Assembly (NCBI GenBank): GCA_951406725.2
Contig: OX597814.1
Location: 152,706,001-152,770,000 of the forward strand
DNA length: 64,000 nt
Reading direction: 5' to 3'
Origin: Octopus vulgaris
Lineage: Eukaryota
Under the pieces are notes generated by a model, which was given only the letters and a program-made list of their open reading frames with translations, was not told the DNA's origin and ran no database searches. Position 1 is the stretch's first letter; each line of letters starts with the position of its first letter. Shown here piece after piece: positions 38,251 to 50,600 of the stretch. The translations under genes were made by a program, and so were the position numbers.

Positions 38251-41200
38251 GGTTAGAAGAGTTTACCTTGGACTGACAAATAATAATTGCTTCTTTATTA
38301 GTGCTCAAAGCACCTGATATAAATAGTAAGGCATTGTTACTTTACTGCACTAAGAAATATTCATTAATATGAATAAAATTACATTGAAGAAAATATTTTT
38401 AAAAAATGAGGATTAACTTTTAGCAAAATTTTATTGGATTCTTTGTCATGTACATTTTATGTATTGCAAATGATCACATTAATTACCAATTATCTACCAC
38501 ATGTAAAATAGGACATTTCAAGTTACCACTAAACAGGTAGTCTCCCTCCCCCTCTCTCTCTCTCACATGCACACACACACACACAAATGATGCCAACAAA
38601 TACCATATCATTCAGGCCAAGGCTAAAAATGGAATGTCTACTTTGAATTTAATGCATAAAAAGTATTATAAAAATTAAGCATGTAAAAACCCTGCATTGA
38701 TTGTCACAAATAAGCTGGTAATTGATGAAAATGATAATTTAAATAAAGTGTCAGACTTTACTATTCAATTTTCTCCAAAAAAATTTTAAAAGATCATAAA
38801 TCATCATGGCTTGAATATGTTTCTATGGTTAGTCCACATTACTCTGTAAAGAACACAGAGCCGGATTTCCAGCCTCCCTGAATGGGACACCAGTCTTTCA
38901 CAGGATTACTCACTTTTACCAGCTGAGTGGACTGGGGCAGTGAGAAATGAAATGTTTTACTCAAGAACACAATGCATCACCTGGTCCAGGAATCAAAACC
39001 AGAATCTTACGATCAGGAGTCTAAAACCCTAGCCACTAAGCCATGTCTCTATAATACATACATATTTTACAGCAACACTCTATCCCACAAAACAGCATTA
39101 CCACAAAATTAAGATATAAAAGCAGGATAGAAAATTAGTGCAGATTTCAGAAGACTAGTTTATTGAGGAAAATATATTCTCAAAGACTAAAAAGTATCAG
39201 ATATAAAATAATTTTTTTTAAATGTATAATGAAAAATACAAGCATCAAACAAAAACAATGAAACAAAAATGTATCAAAGTAAAAAAAAAACTGAGAACAT
39301 ACACCATGAAGAGAGTTTTAGCATATGTATAATAAAGAAGCAAAAAAAATAATACTGTGAATACCTATAGAATACTGATAAACAAAAGCTGAACCACGTC
39401 ACAAATACAAACATAAATAAAAGGGAATATGAGCAAGATTTAAGGTCCAAGAATCAAATAGTGATGCAAAACTGAGAGACATGAAATCTAGCTTTTAGAT
39501 AATCTTCCTTTCTTTCATACCAGAAGACTAATTTGAGTTCTTTACGTAACTTTATTCTTCTCTCCACAAAAGAAATTCAAGGTGATTTTATAGCTCCTAA
39601 GTAACTTAGGAAAAATTCTCACATCATGAATATTTGTTGAAGAAATATCTTCTTGCCTTTCCAATCATATGTATGAAATGTTTGTGCATAACCCGTTGAT
39701 GTACTTTAGACAATGTTATCATTTATTCAATACTATAATATAGTTACATAAGGTAGCAAGCTGGCTGAATCATTATCATGCCAGGCAAAATGCTAAGTGG
39801 CATTTTGTCTGTCTTTACACTCTGAGTTCAAATTCTGCTGAGGTTGACTTTGCCATTCATCCTTTCAAAGTCAATAAAATATGTACCAGTTGAACACTCA
39901 GGTCAACTTACTCCTACCCCTAAAAATGCTGGCCTTGTACGAAAATGTGAAACTGATATAATATAGTTACATACTAGGAAAGTTTACGAAAAAAACAAAA
40001 GACGAAGACAGGTGGTGTACAAAACAAACAGATGTATTAGTATAATGCTCAGGAAAAGAAAGTCTTTAACGTTTCAAGCCTACGCTCTTCTACAGAAAGG
40101 TACACAGAAAAAACAAGGAGAGAAAAAAATGTGTGTAGTGGCTAACGATCTATCATGGCATCTGACTAGTTACATACTACTTTGTTTCAATTTTTGTTAG
40201 AAACAATACTTGAGCAGAGTTAACCTGGAGTTCAACAACAACAGCAACATATTAAGAATAAGAGACAAGACAAAAATAGTGTCTGCAGTGACTCAGTAAC
40301 TGTCACTAAATACATAGCCAACAAAACTGGAATAATAAGGTCATTAACATATAGTGCACAGGCACAAAATTTGATCAAAACGAGTATATTGTGAGATTTA
40401 ACAAAGCATAAAACCCAACAAAGACTAGATAAGTTCTCTTAATCTCCTTGTAGCATATATGTAATAAGGTCATATAACACACTGCATACAGACATTTGAT
40501 CAAATTTGATCAAAAAGAGTAAATCATGAGATTTATAAAATCATAAAACCCAACAAAGTCTGTTACAGTTCTGTTAATCTCCTCATAGCATGCATGCATG
40601 TGTGCATGTGTATTATGTAACATATATATTCTATTTATATATGTATATAATAGATCACCTTTATTTTTTATTTGCTCTTAATAATCCTTTCTACTATAGG
40701 CACAAGGTCTGAAATTTAGGGGAGGGGGATAGTTGATTACATCAACCCCAGTACTCAATAGGTACTTAATTTATTGACCCTGGAAGGATAAAAGGTAAAG
40801 TCGACCTTGGTAGAATTTGAACTCAGAATGTAGCGACAGGTGAAATATCGCTAAGCATTTTGTCCAGCATGCAAACAATTCTGCCAGCTCACCACCTTAG
40901 TTACTCTTAATAATATAACATAAAGCAGACAAACGAAACTTAATAGATCAATGCAACAAAACAAAAATATAAAAACTGATAACAATCATGTGTGGGGCAC
41001 AGTTCATAAGTTCAGATTTCTTCAAGTCATAAAAACTGTCAACTAAAAGCCTTACAGTTATCACACACAACACACACACATTATGCAAATAAAAATATGT
41101 ACTGTGCTCTCAAACCACATTACAGTGGTTCATTCCTACTTCTATATACTACACCTACCTTTCCCTGCCTCTCCCCCTGCCCTACCATCCTTCCAGGCTA

Positions 41201-42961
41201 CCCAACCATTGTCATCTCTCTATCTCTTCTCCTGTCCCTGACAACAGAATTATCATTACTATTTCTACTGCTCACCACCCCACTCAATTCTTATTTTTTT
41301 ATTGCCCACAAGGGGCTAAACATAGAGGGGACAAACAAGAACAGACAAAGGGATGAAGTTGATTACATCGACCCCAGTGCGTAACTGGTACTTAATTTAT
41401 CGACCCCAAAAGGATAAAAGGCAAAGTTGACCTTGGCAGAATTTGAACTCAGAACATAGCGGCCAACGAAATACTGCTAAGCATTTCGCCCAGCAGAAAC
41501 TCACTCGCCTTCTGCCAGCACCCCACTCAATTCCGCAACCCTCTATCTTACCCAACGCATGGCTCATTGTTCATCCATCCTTCAATTTTCGATCTGCCTT
41601 CCCATCCCCTCATCTCCTTCCCATGCAATCTTGAAAACTATCCACCCATCCACTTCTACTTACCTTGTATCTTGTGGAGGTAGGGGAGGGCACCTGGGCC
41701 CTTATCGCCATTATCTATCTGATTGCAGAACCTACTGACCGGTTTCTTTTTTGTCTCTCTCTTTCACTCCTCCCCTTACATGAATAGCTATGCAGATCCT
41801 CTGCAAGAACCTGCTCTGATACCACCACCTTCCAACTTCTCATAGTTTTAACCTTTCTTCCCTTGGCATGAAGGCAATACCCTTATCTTCCCCAGGGCTC
41901 ATAGTCCTTTGAGCTGCATGGCAACCTTTACAGTGCAGTTGACAAGAAAAAGACACCCAGTACATGATGTAAAGTAAATGGCTTTAGGAAAAGCATCCAG
42001 CCATAGAAACTATACCAAACCGGATACTTTAGCATGATGCAGTCCTTGGATTAGTCAAATCCTGACCAACCCATGCCAGTATGATGTTGATGATATATAT
42101 ATGTGTGTGTGTATGTGTGTGTGTGTGTTTGTGTGTATGAAAGAAGGTTTGAAAATGCACTTTTAGAGATGTTTATTCACTTGACCGGTTTCACTTTTTT
42201 AGAAAAAGATTGTCAAAAGTAAAATGTAAAACTTTGTATGAGCTTTGTTGTGTTAAGTACTGGTTTTCAACAAAAGTATTAAAATGCATTTATACATTCT
42301 TTGATAATAATAAGAAAATGTTAAAAACAGGTTACAAGAAAGTATTTAAGAAAGTAATCAGAACAGAACTCCAAAATGCATTTTGAGTTCAATAAAAATC
42401 ATGTTTGTTTGGTAGTATATATATACACAGAAGGAGATATATTTAAGAATTTACAAAATATTGTAGCGGACTAACCAACCTGTCTTTCTGGCATTTGTTT
42501 TGTGTGTAGCTACACACAAATTTTACATGGTAATAGTATCAGACCCCATGAGTGTCTACATGTAATTTGTTTTTTCATTTGGATTAAAACAATACAACAT
42601 TGGCACTGGTTCGATATTAAAAGTGAAAGAATAACATCTATATTGTAATGTGATATAATATTGCTTCAATTTTATTCTTTCACTTTTAATTCTAATGTGA
42701 TAAGACTATAATATTGCTTCACTTTTAGTCTTTCGTTTTTAATATCTTAATGTGAATAACTTTCCATCTTTATGGCCACAACAGCAAAATACTGTGTCAG
42801 TGTATGTGTGTTGATTGACATAACAAACAGCTGGAGGTGAAACTCTTGACAAAAAAATGAGGTGGAAGGTCCAAGGTATATAAAAATACACATTTACCGT
42901 TTAATTACCAGTTAATAATTATAACAACAGTTGCAAATTTACTGTTAAATTAGCAGTTCTT

Positions 42962-43310
42962 GCTGCACATCAGATGGAGTATCAAGAGAGAAGGGAGATG
43001 AGATTTTCCTTAGATTAGCAAATGCATGCTGCAGTACATTAGATGGAGTATCAATACAGAAGGGAGATGAGACTTTCCCAAGATCTGCAAGGGCATTCTG
43101 CAGCATGTCAAATGGAGTCTCAAAAGAGAAGGGAGATGAGACTTTCTCGAGATCAGCAAGGGCATTCTGCAGCACGTCAAATGGGCTCTCACACAGAAGT
43201 GACATGACACTTTCCCAAGATCAGCAAAGGCATGCTGCAGCATGTCAAATGGAGTCTCAAGACAAGCAAGATGAGACTTTCTCAAGATCAGCAAATGTAT
43301 GCTGCAGTAC
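42962..43310 (+). repeat. 69-bp coding-type tandem repeat (5 units; 23-aa STPR-like peptide) at the Helitron N-terminus
   Basis: atgg anchors at 42974, 43043, 43112, 43181 and 43249. A unit translates MESQKRREMRLSRDQQGHSAARQ. Confidence 0.85.
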
Positions 43311-43384
43311 TTAATACTGAATCATCAAATCAATATTTTAATGATTAGACAATGGTTCAATAGAATAGCTCTCAGAAAAAGAAC

Positions 43385-43830
43385 ATGTACAAATTCGTTC
43401 TTCACAACTCCTGGAGCTGCTTCACATATGATCCATCCCATTCTAATAAAAATGATAATTTTATCCAAATTGGTGTTCTAAACTCAAATTATCAATTCTG
43501 CAAAGCTTTAAAATTTCCAAATGAAACTAATGGCATGCGCTGCTCAGGTGGTAAGGTAAGATTGCCAGCACTACCAGCTCCACCACAAATTCTTATAGAT
43601 CTTCTGGAAGGAACTTCCATCCAGTCAAAGGATTTTCTGAAGAATATCAGACAATATGACTCTGCATTACCATTTGGTGCATCTAAGAAGATAGTTGAAC
43701 ATGGATTTACACCAATGTTCAAAGTTCAAGGGCACGTCTATCACCTCTTTGGTTCCCTTTTGCTCACAAATTAACGACCACAGTTACTCCAAATTTACTT
43801 TATGAGTTATATAGGACAACAAACCTGAAG
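43385..43830 (+). mobile_element. Helitron Rep/helicase N-terminal fragment
   Basis: FCKALKFPNETNGMRCSGGKVRLP...FLKNIRQYDSA..FG...FKVQGHVYHLFGSLL followed by PQLLQIYF, the conserved Helitron Zn-finger/pre-Rep segment. Confidence 0.9.
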
Positions 43831-44141
43831 GTAGTATCAAAAATTCAGACAACAGGTCATGTTAGACACAGCACTGACTGCTGCAAAGCAGAGTATATCT
43901 ACTAACAGCTTTTCAGTGAGTTCAAAAACACATACCAGCATTTTCCATAACTGGTTAGGGCCTGGATTACTCCAAACAGATGCATTAACCCATCATTTAC
44001 TCCACAAATGTTTTGTCGCCAATGCTGCACTTTCCCGTATCACCGGTTTCAACATAACTGTAAGATATATATACAAACTATGCCATTTTAATCCTGAGCA
44101 ACAATGGGTATCTCTGCTAGTACTGTATAATATAACTATAC

Positions 44142-44178
<37 letters not shown>

Positions 44179-45444
44179 CAAGGTCTTGTAGATAACTTGA
44201 GACCAATTTTGAACAGTTGACATAGTGGCATTAACATTTCATTGTTTGACAAAACCTTGCTTGCTTGAAAATCTAATCCTCCATTTTATTTTTCAGGTAA
44301 ACTGTGAACCAATTCAACAATAGAAAGACGTGGAACACCAGAATCATTCTGCCATTGTTTTTTTTGGCGCATGCTGGACACACTGCCAATAAAATTGTTG
44401 ACGAAATTTCCAAAAGCAACAGTTTATCATGTGTATAAACAATTTAAAGAAGTGCGAAAGAATGATAGAAAAGAACACAAGACTCAAGGTGATTCCAAGC
44501 ACAATCCAAAGTTTCTCGCTGGCCTCAAATGCTTGAATGAAGCCAACCTATCCACATCCATGACAACTCTTGCAAAGAAATGCAATGTGTCCCTTTCCAC
44601 AGTGTCTAGAGCTGTAAACAGGAACCTTGGCATAACTATCTATGTTTGATGCCACCATCACCTCCTAACAGCCAAGGCCAAAGCATTTAGAGCCAAGGGA
44701 TGCCCAAAGCTTCCGTCATTCATCAAGCATCAAGATGCAGGAAAAACTCTTTTGCTTGTAGATGAGAAGAAATTTACTGTGGATGTTGAGGTAAATCACG
44801 GAAATTCTTGAGTGATTACATACAACCCTTTCAATGTCCCCATTATGTTTGAGACTAAGAATCCTGTCTCTGTGATGGTATTTGGAGCCATGGCAAGTGA
44901 TGGAAATGTCATGAATCTATACATCATTGAGTCTGGCTTGAAGACTAGTGCATAGGAGTACCTGGACATCCTAAAGAACTCTCTGTGATGGAGCAGAAGT
45001 TTGGGCTTGACAATATGGTGCTTATCCAGGATTCTGCACCATGCCATGGGTCAAAGCAACACAAGCCTTCCTTGGGGAGAAGGTGCCACTTTTTGTGAGG
45101 GCCAACATCTGGCCCAGTAATAGCCTAGATCTCAACCTTCTTGATTACTTTTTATGGGGAATACTTCAAACAAGAACCAATGATTCACCACACTCAAGTG
45201 TCAATAGCTTGAAGACCTGCATCATGTGTGTGACATGCAAAATCTAAAAGGCAAAGGTTGTAGCAGCTGCAAAAAAAGTTTCATTCTCATGTGAGGCAGT
45301 AACTGCCCAAAAAGGTGGCCATGTGGAGAAATAAATATTTGTTGTAATAAATGCTACATTAAAATCTGTCTGCCACCATTATTTTAGTATTTATAACCAG
45401 TTTATGCATCATAAAAATTGTTTCAATTTATCTGCAAGATCCTG
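44179..45444 (+). mobile_element. Full-length decayed Tc1/mariner transposon, DD37D (maT/mori) type, 1266 bp
   Basis: ~30-bp TIRs caaggtcttgtagataacttgagaccaatttt and aaaattgtttcaatttatctgcaagatcctg, with TA on the left and TG on the right. HTH LAKKCNVSLSTVSRAV. Catalytic DEKKF, QDSAPCH and DLNLLDY, with 37 residues between the last two Asp after fixing a 1-nt frameshift. Confidence 0.9.
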
Positions 45445-46448
45445 TGAATACATATATATATACATATATATATATATATATGAGTGTGTATGTGTGTGTG
45501 CGTCCTCATACACACACACAGCTCAACATTTGTGTGAACAGCTTCCAAGAGGCATTATTCCAAAATAATGATTCAACAAGCCACAGGACTATGTTGAGTT
45601 CCATTGTGAGCTTTGGTATGGTTGTACTTTCTAATACCAACTACTTTACAGTGTAATGGGTGCTTTTTTTCATGCCACCAGCACTAGTGAGGTCACCATG
45701 CATCTCAAAAGACAAGATGAGAAAAGGAAAAGGAAATTCACAAATTTAAATGATAATTGAAAAAGTTGACAAGGGACTCTTTACTCTTTTATTTTTTTCA
45801 GCCGTTTGACTGCGGCCATGCTGGAGCACTGCCCTTAGTTGAGCAAATTGACCCCAGGACTTATTCTTTGTAAGCCTAGTACTTATTCTATCGGTCTCTT
45901 TTGCCGAACCACTAATTTACGGGGACGTAGACACACCAGCACCGGTTGTCAAGCAATGTTGTGGGACAAACACAAACACACACATATATATACATATACA
46001 TATATACGATGGGCTTCTTTCAGTTTCTGTCTACTAAATCCACTCACAAGGCTTTGGTCAGCCCGAGGCTATAGAAGAAGACACTAGCCCAAGGTGCCAC
46101 GCAGTAGGACTGAACCCGGAACCATGTGGTTGGTAGGCAAGCTAATTAACACACAGCCACTCCTGCGCCTATATACAGAAAAAAAAACGTAGCCCCAGTT
46201 CTCTCAGTCTTATCCATCACACTAATTTTTTTTTTGTAGTCCCCAGACAGAAGAAAACTACTCATAGAGTTTACCTTTAACTGAAAGTTCCCTTCTCTCC
46301 ATTCTACCCACACCTGAGAGCATTGCCAGGTACCAAAATGCATTTAACACCATTCAATATGTCAAGCATCACCAACATTTTAAAGTGTCTATTCCTAATT
46401 AGTCATTACCATGAATAAGCAAATACCAGATAATCTATATTAGGTAAT

Positions 46449-46580
46449 TAAAATTATATAATAAATTATATAGAGCTAAAATTATATAATAAATTATATA
46501 GAGCTAAAATTATATAATAAATTATATAGAGTTAAAATTATATAATAAATTATATAGAGTTAAAATTATATAATGAATTA
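46449..46580. repeat. 28-bp AT-rich minisatellite, ~4.7 copies
   Basis: taaaattatataataaattatatagag(c/t) starting at 46449, 46477, 46505, 46533 and 46561. Confidence 0.95.
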
Positions 46581-47260
46581 AGTTTCAATGAGAACATTAT
46601 GTAACTTAAAAAATAATTGTTCATTTTTACAGAATACAAAACTGCATATTTATGAATAATACAAAACTACATGCTACATTTAAACTCATTGTTCCCAACA
46701 TGGCAGTTTTCAAGAATTAAAATACTTAGCGTTTTTGTGAATCTTTACAGTTACATAATAACGAGATAGGATAAAATAACAGGCTTGTGTAATTTTTACC
46801 TTCTATAACAATTATTCAAGCTAAAATATTATCTTTTAAAAACAAATTTTGCCAACCACAAACAGTTCAACAGTCTAAAGTTTTGGTTTGGAATCTTACC
46901 AAAATGAACTGAGCTTTCCATTCATCTAAAGATGATTATATATATATATATACAAAATAATGATTACTTATACAAAATAATAATTATTAAAAGTGTAGAA
47001 ATATACAAAAGAATTTGGCAAATCTAACAGTAGTAGAGAATAAGAAAAGTAGGAAAGTTGTTCCAAATTAATAGGAAATGCTCCAAATTCACAAATCTAA
47101 GATAACTCTAGAAAGAGACTGGTAAGTCAAAGAATGGTTACAGATCCGTGAAACAAACATTAAATTTATAAAATACTCAAATTAACTGAGAAATGTAAAG
47201 AATATCATGAAGCACACATATATACATACATGCATATATACATATATATATATATATATC

Positions 47261-47457
47261 ATTCATGTTCAGTGAATTGAAGGAAAGAAAATGGAGAGTT
47301 GAAAGTTAATAATTATTTATTATTTCCAAATCTGTAATTTACCTACTGGACACTAATGGAGACGGCTGTAAGAAGTAAATATTACCAATTTGTTAATAAT
47401 AATAATTATTAACTTTCAGTTCTCCATTTTCTTTCCTTCAATTAACTGAACATGAAT
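47261..47457. repeat. Inverted repeat, 57-bp arms (47261-47317, 47401-47457)
   Basis: attcatgttcagtgaattgaagg...gttaataattatt is the reverse complement of aataattattaac...ctgaacatgaat with few mismatches. Confidence 0.9.
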
Positions 47458-48991
47458 TGTATGCTTAATATATACCTATTGATTTAAGGGAATATCATTT
47501 CCCAAAAATACTAGGTATAGAACCAAATATTCCTTGGATGTAACCATCCCTTTATGAGGTTAACATATCCTCTAAGCATATATATATATTAGGATGAGGA
47601 AAAAGTTTGTGCACTGTGTTTTGAAGAATAGTTGTTTTTGAATAAATTCTTGCATAAAAAATTATTATTTTAACAAGGCGCACAAACTTTTTCCTCAATT
47701 TAGTATATATATATATATATATTCTTTTTCCTTTTACTTGTTTCAATCATTTGACAGTTTATTGTATTGGTAAACAGACACTGGTGTTGAAGAACATAAA
47801 GATGAAAGTTGTAGTAGGAAAAAAGTTAGCAGATATGGTAGACTGGAAGCCATCTGAACATTTATTTCTTTATTGCCCACAGAGGGCTAAACATAGAGGG
47901 GACAAACAAAGACAGACAAAGGGGTTAAGTCAATTACATCGACCCCAGTGCATAACTGGTACTTATTTAATCGACCCTGAATGGATGAAAGGCAAAGTCA
48001 ACCTCAGTGGAATTTGAACTCAGAACATAAAGACAGACGAAATACTGCTAAGCATTTCACCCAGTGTGCTAACGTTTCTGCCATCTCGCCACCTGGATTG
48101 GATCAAAACAAGTTGTGAAATAGCAGAATCAGTAGAATGTTCAACATATCTTGTAGTGTTTAGCTGTGTGTCTTTATTCCCACTGTTATACAAGCTGAGT
48201 CATTCATTTCCAGCCATCCATGAAATCACATCCTGTCAAGGAGAAATATTACCTTGCTTAGGAACAAGTAAGAGTTGGTAACAGGAAGGGCTTCCAGTCA
48301 TAGAAAATCTACCCCTACAAATTCTGTCTAACCCATGCAAGCATGGAAAAGTGAACATCAAAATGATGATGATTTGATAGTGATTTGAGTTCATATCCTA
48401 CAAAGGTTCACCTTGCTTTTCAGCCTGCAAGGGTCAATAAAATAAGTTGAGGATGATGTCAATCTAATCACCCAAAGAGGCTTTGTACCTATCCCAGAAA
48501 TCAATACTGGATCAACTGTTTGTCCAGTTATGTAATCAAATAGAGGAGAAAGGGAATTTGAATTTGTAATGGTAGAAGGGGTCATAGTCACACTTACCTT
48601 AAGTCTTTTGGGGGCGAGATAGATAGGCCAAAAAAAACTCTAGAAGGGCAAAAGTTTATAACAAAAATTTGTACTCTTGTTTTTTCGCCAACTGACTTTT
48701 GACACAAAATGGATTCAACTGAAAAAAATATTCCGTTTGTGTCACATAAATTGTTGCCAGGTGTAAGTGTAGCTTCTGATTGGCTGATAGATGAAATGGT
48801 ACCTTTTCTCAGCTACTGACCCCATAGAGCAAAAAAAATTATAAGTTTCAGTACGAATTATGTACCACTACTCATTAGACTGATACAAATAAGTAGTACT
48901 TTATTTGTACCAACCAGCCTGAAAGAGTTAAACAAAAATGTCTACAGCTATAGTCTGCCACTTATTTAGTAAAACTGAAAACAATACGTAC

Positions 48992-49102
48992 CTTGTAAGT
49001 CTTTCTCTTAAAATATCAGAACTGTCATCATTGAGGACATTAAACAAGTCTTCTTGGTTTAGTGTCTTTTTGTATCCAAGAGAAAGTAAGGGGTTAATCC
49101 AC
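48992..49102 (-). CDS. ABCC4: ABCC4-like coding exon (exon 2 equivalent, lasso/L0 motif), 111 nt, phase 2-2
   Basis: Acceptor ttacttgtAG and donor GTacgt. Translates WINPLLSLGYKKTLNQEDLFNVLNDDSSDILRERLT(S), similar to human [26 protein letters not shown]. Not present in the supplied ORF track. Confidence 0.93.
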
Positions 49103-49769
49103 CTACAAGTAAAGCCAAAACAATTTCAAAGATAATTAAGACAAAAACATTTATAAATATGCACCATGTATTACTTCATTTTGTTTTTGTTTTTTGTTTT
49201 TGTTTTTAATCTTAGAACAGCAAGAATAAATGTTCATTTAATCTAGAAATAGAGCGAAACTGCATATTGATAAATATTTTTAAAGTATCATATTTAAAAA
49301 AACAGTTTAACCCTTTTTCTACGAACCTGCCCAAGACTACTTCTAGCTCTATGATATAAATAAACTTCCTTAAAGTGAAACAAATTTAGTCATCAGGTTC
49401 AGTTTAGTTTTCTGAGTCTTATCTACTTTTTGTGGGTGGGTGGGGTGTCATCTAATGGGTGAAGAAATGTGTCTGCAAAGTAGGTATAATGTAAAAGAAT
49501 CTGCAGGAAAAAAGAAGTGGTAGAATAAGAAGAGAGAAATGATGGAGAAGGAGAGGAAGAAAGTGAACATTAAAAGTATAGAGTAGGGTGGTAGTGATAA
49601 AGACAGTAAAAATTGTTTAAAATTGTTTATAGTAACTGATAAGTTGTCTATATTTAGGGTGAGAAATTGCTTACAAGCAATAATGTCACTCCAACATTGA
49701 AGAATCCTTACAATTTGACCATTTTCTTCCAATAAGAATGCAGTATTTAAAGCATGATTTTATAGGAAT

Positions 49770-50600
49770 TCATCATCGTCAACATTGTTTAACGTTCGCT
49801 TTCCATGCTGGTATGGGTTGGCTGGTTTGACTGAGAATTGGCAAACTGGGAGGTTGCACCAGACTCCAATCTGATTTAGCAAGGTTTCTACAGCTGGATG
49901 CCCTTCCTAACAGCAACCACTCAGAGAATGTAGTCGATGGTTTTATGTGCCACCGGTACAGGAGCCAGTCAGGCAGCACTAGCATCGGTCACACTTGAAT
50001 GATGCATTTTATATGCCACTTGCATGGCTGCCAGTCAGGTGGCACTGGCATCGGCCACACTTGAATGATGCTTTTTATGTGCCACCAGCATGGGTGCCAG
50101 TCAGGTGGAACTGGCATTAGCCATGACTACGATTTCACTCAGTTCAACAGGTCTTCACAAACACAGCATATTGCCCAACAATTGAATGGTGCTTTTTTAA
50201 ATAGGTCAGTTATGCGACTTCTCAAGCATAGCATATCTTTAACAGTCTTGGTCACTTGTCATTGCTTCTGTGAGGCCCAACGTTTGAAGGTCATGCTTCA
50301 CCACCTCATCCCATGTTTTCTTAGGTCTACCTTTTCCACAGGTTCCCTCCTCTGTTAGGGTGTGACACTTCTTCCTACAGCTGTCCTCATCCATATGCGT
50401 CAAATGACCATACCAGTGCAGTTGTCTCTCTTGCACACCACATATGATGCTTCTTATGTCCAACTCTTCTCGCAGGGCACTTACACTGCTGTGTATGCAC
50501 ACTTGCATTACACATCCAGCAGAGAATACTAGCTTAATTTCATTCAAGCTTACGCATGTCAGCAGTCACAGATCACGTTTCACTGCCATGTAGGCTGCAT
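49770..50600 (-). mobile_element. 5'-truncated RTE-clade LINE (RT C-terminus plus 3' UTR)
   Basis: QERQLHWYGHLTHMDED...EGTCGKGRPKKTWDEVVKHDL is the RTE/BovB-type terminal motif. It continues into the family B tail ending in (ATG)n. Confidence 0.9.

Larger units (their letters stand above)
16308..49102 (-). other. ABCC4: ABCC4/MRP4-like ABC transporter gene, partial (span of six identified coding exons; gene extends beyond both ends)
   Basis: Six GT-AG exons join in frame (111+118+216+90+164+126 = 825 nt) with no stop. Peptide motifs [49 protein letters not shown] and TDQR...MNEII.GMRILKLYCWE match ABCC4-family lasso/TMD1. Exon boundaries correspond to vertebrate ABCC4 exons 2-7 as recalled. 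Orthologue versus paralogue cannot be decided here. Confidence 0.93.

Noticed and set aside
42962-43310. Regularly spaced repeats suggestive of a CRISPR-like array
   Set aside because: Units are contiguous 69-bp tandem copies with no unique spacers, in a eukaryotic context with no cas genes. Better explained as a coding repeat of a Helitron.
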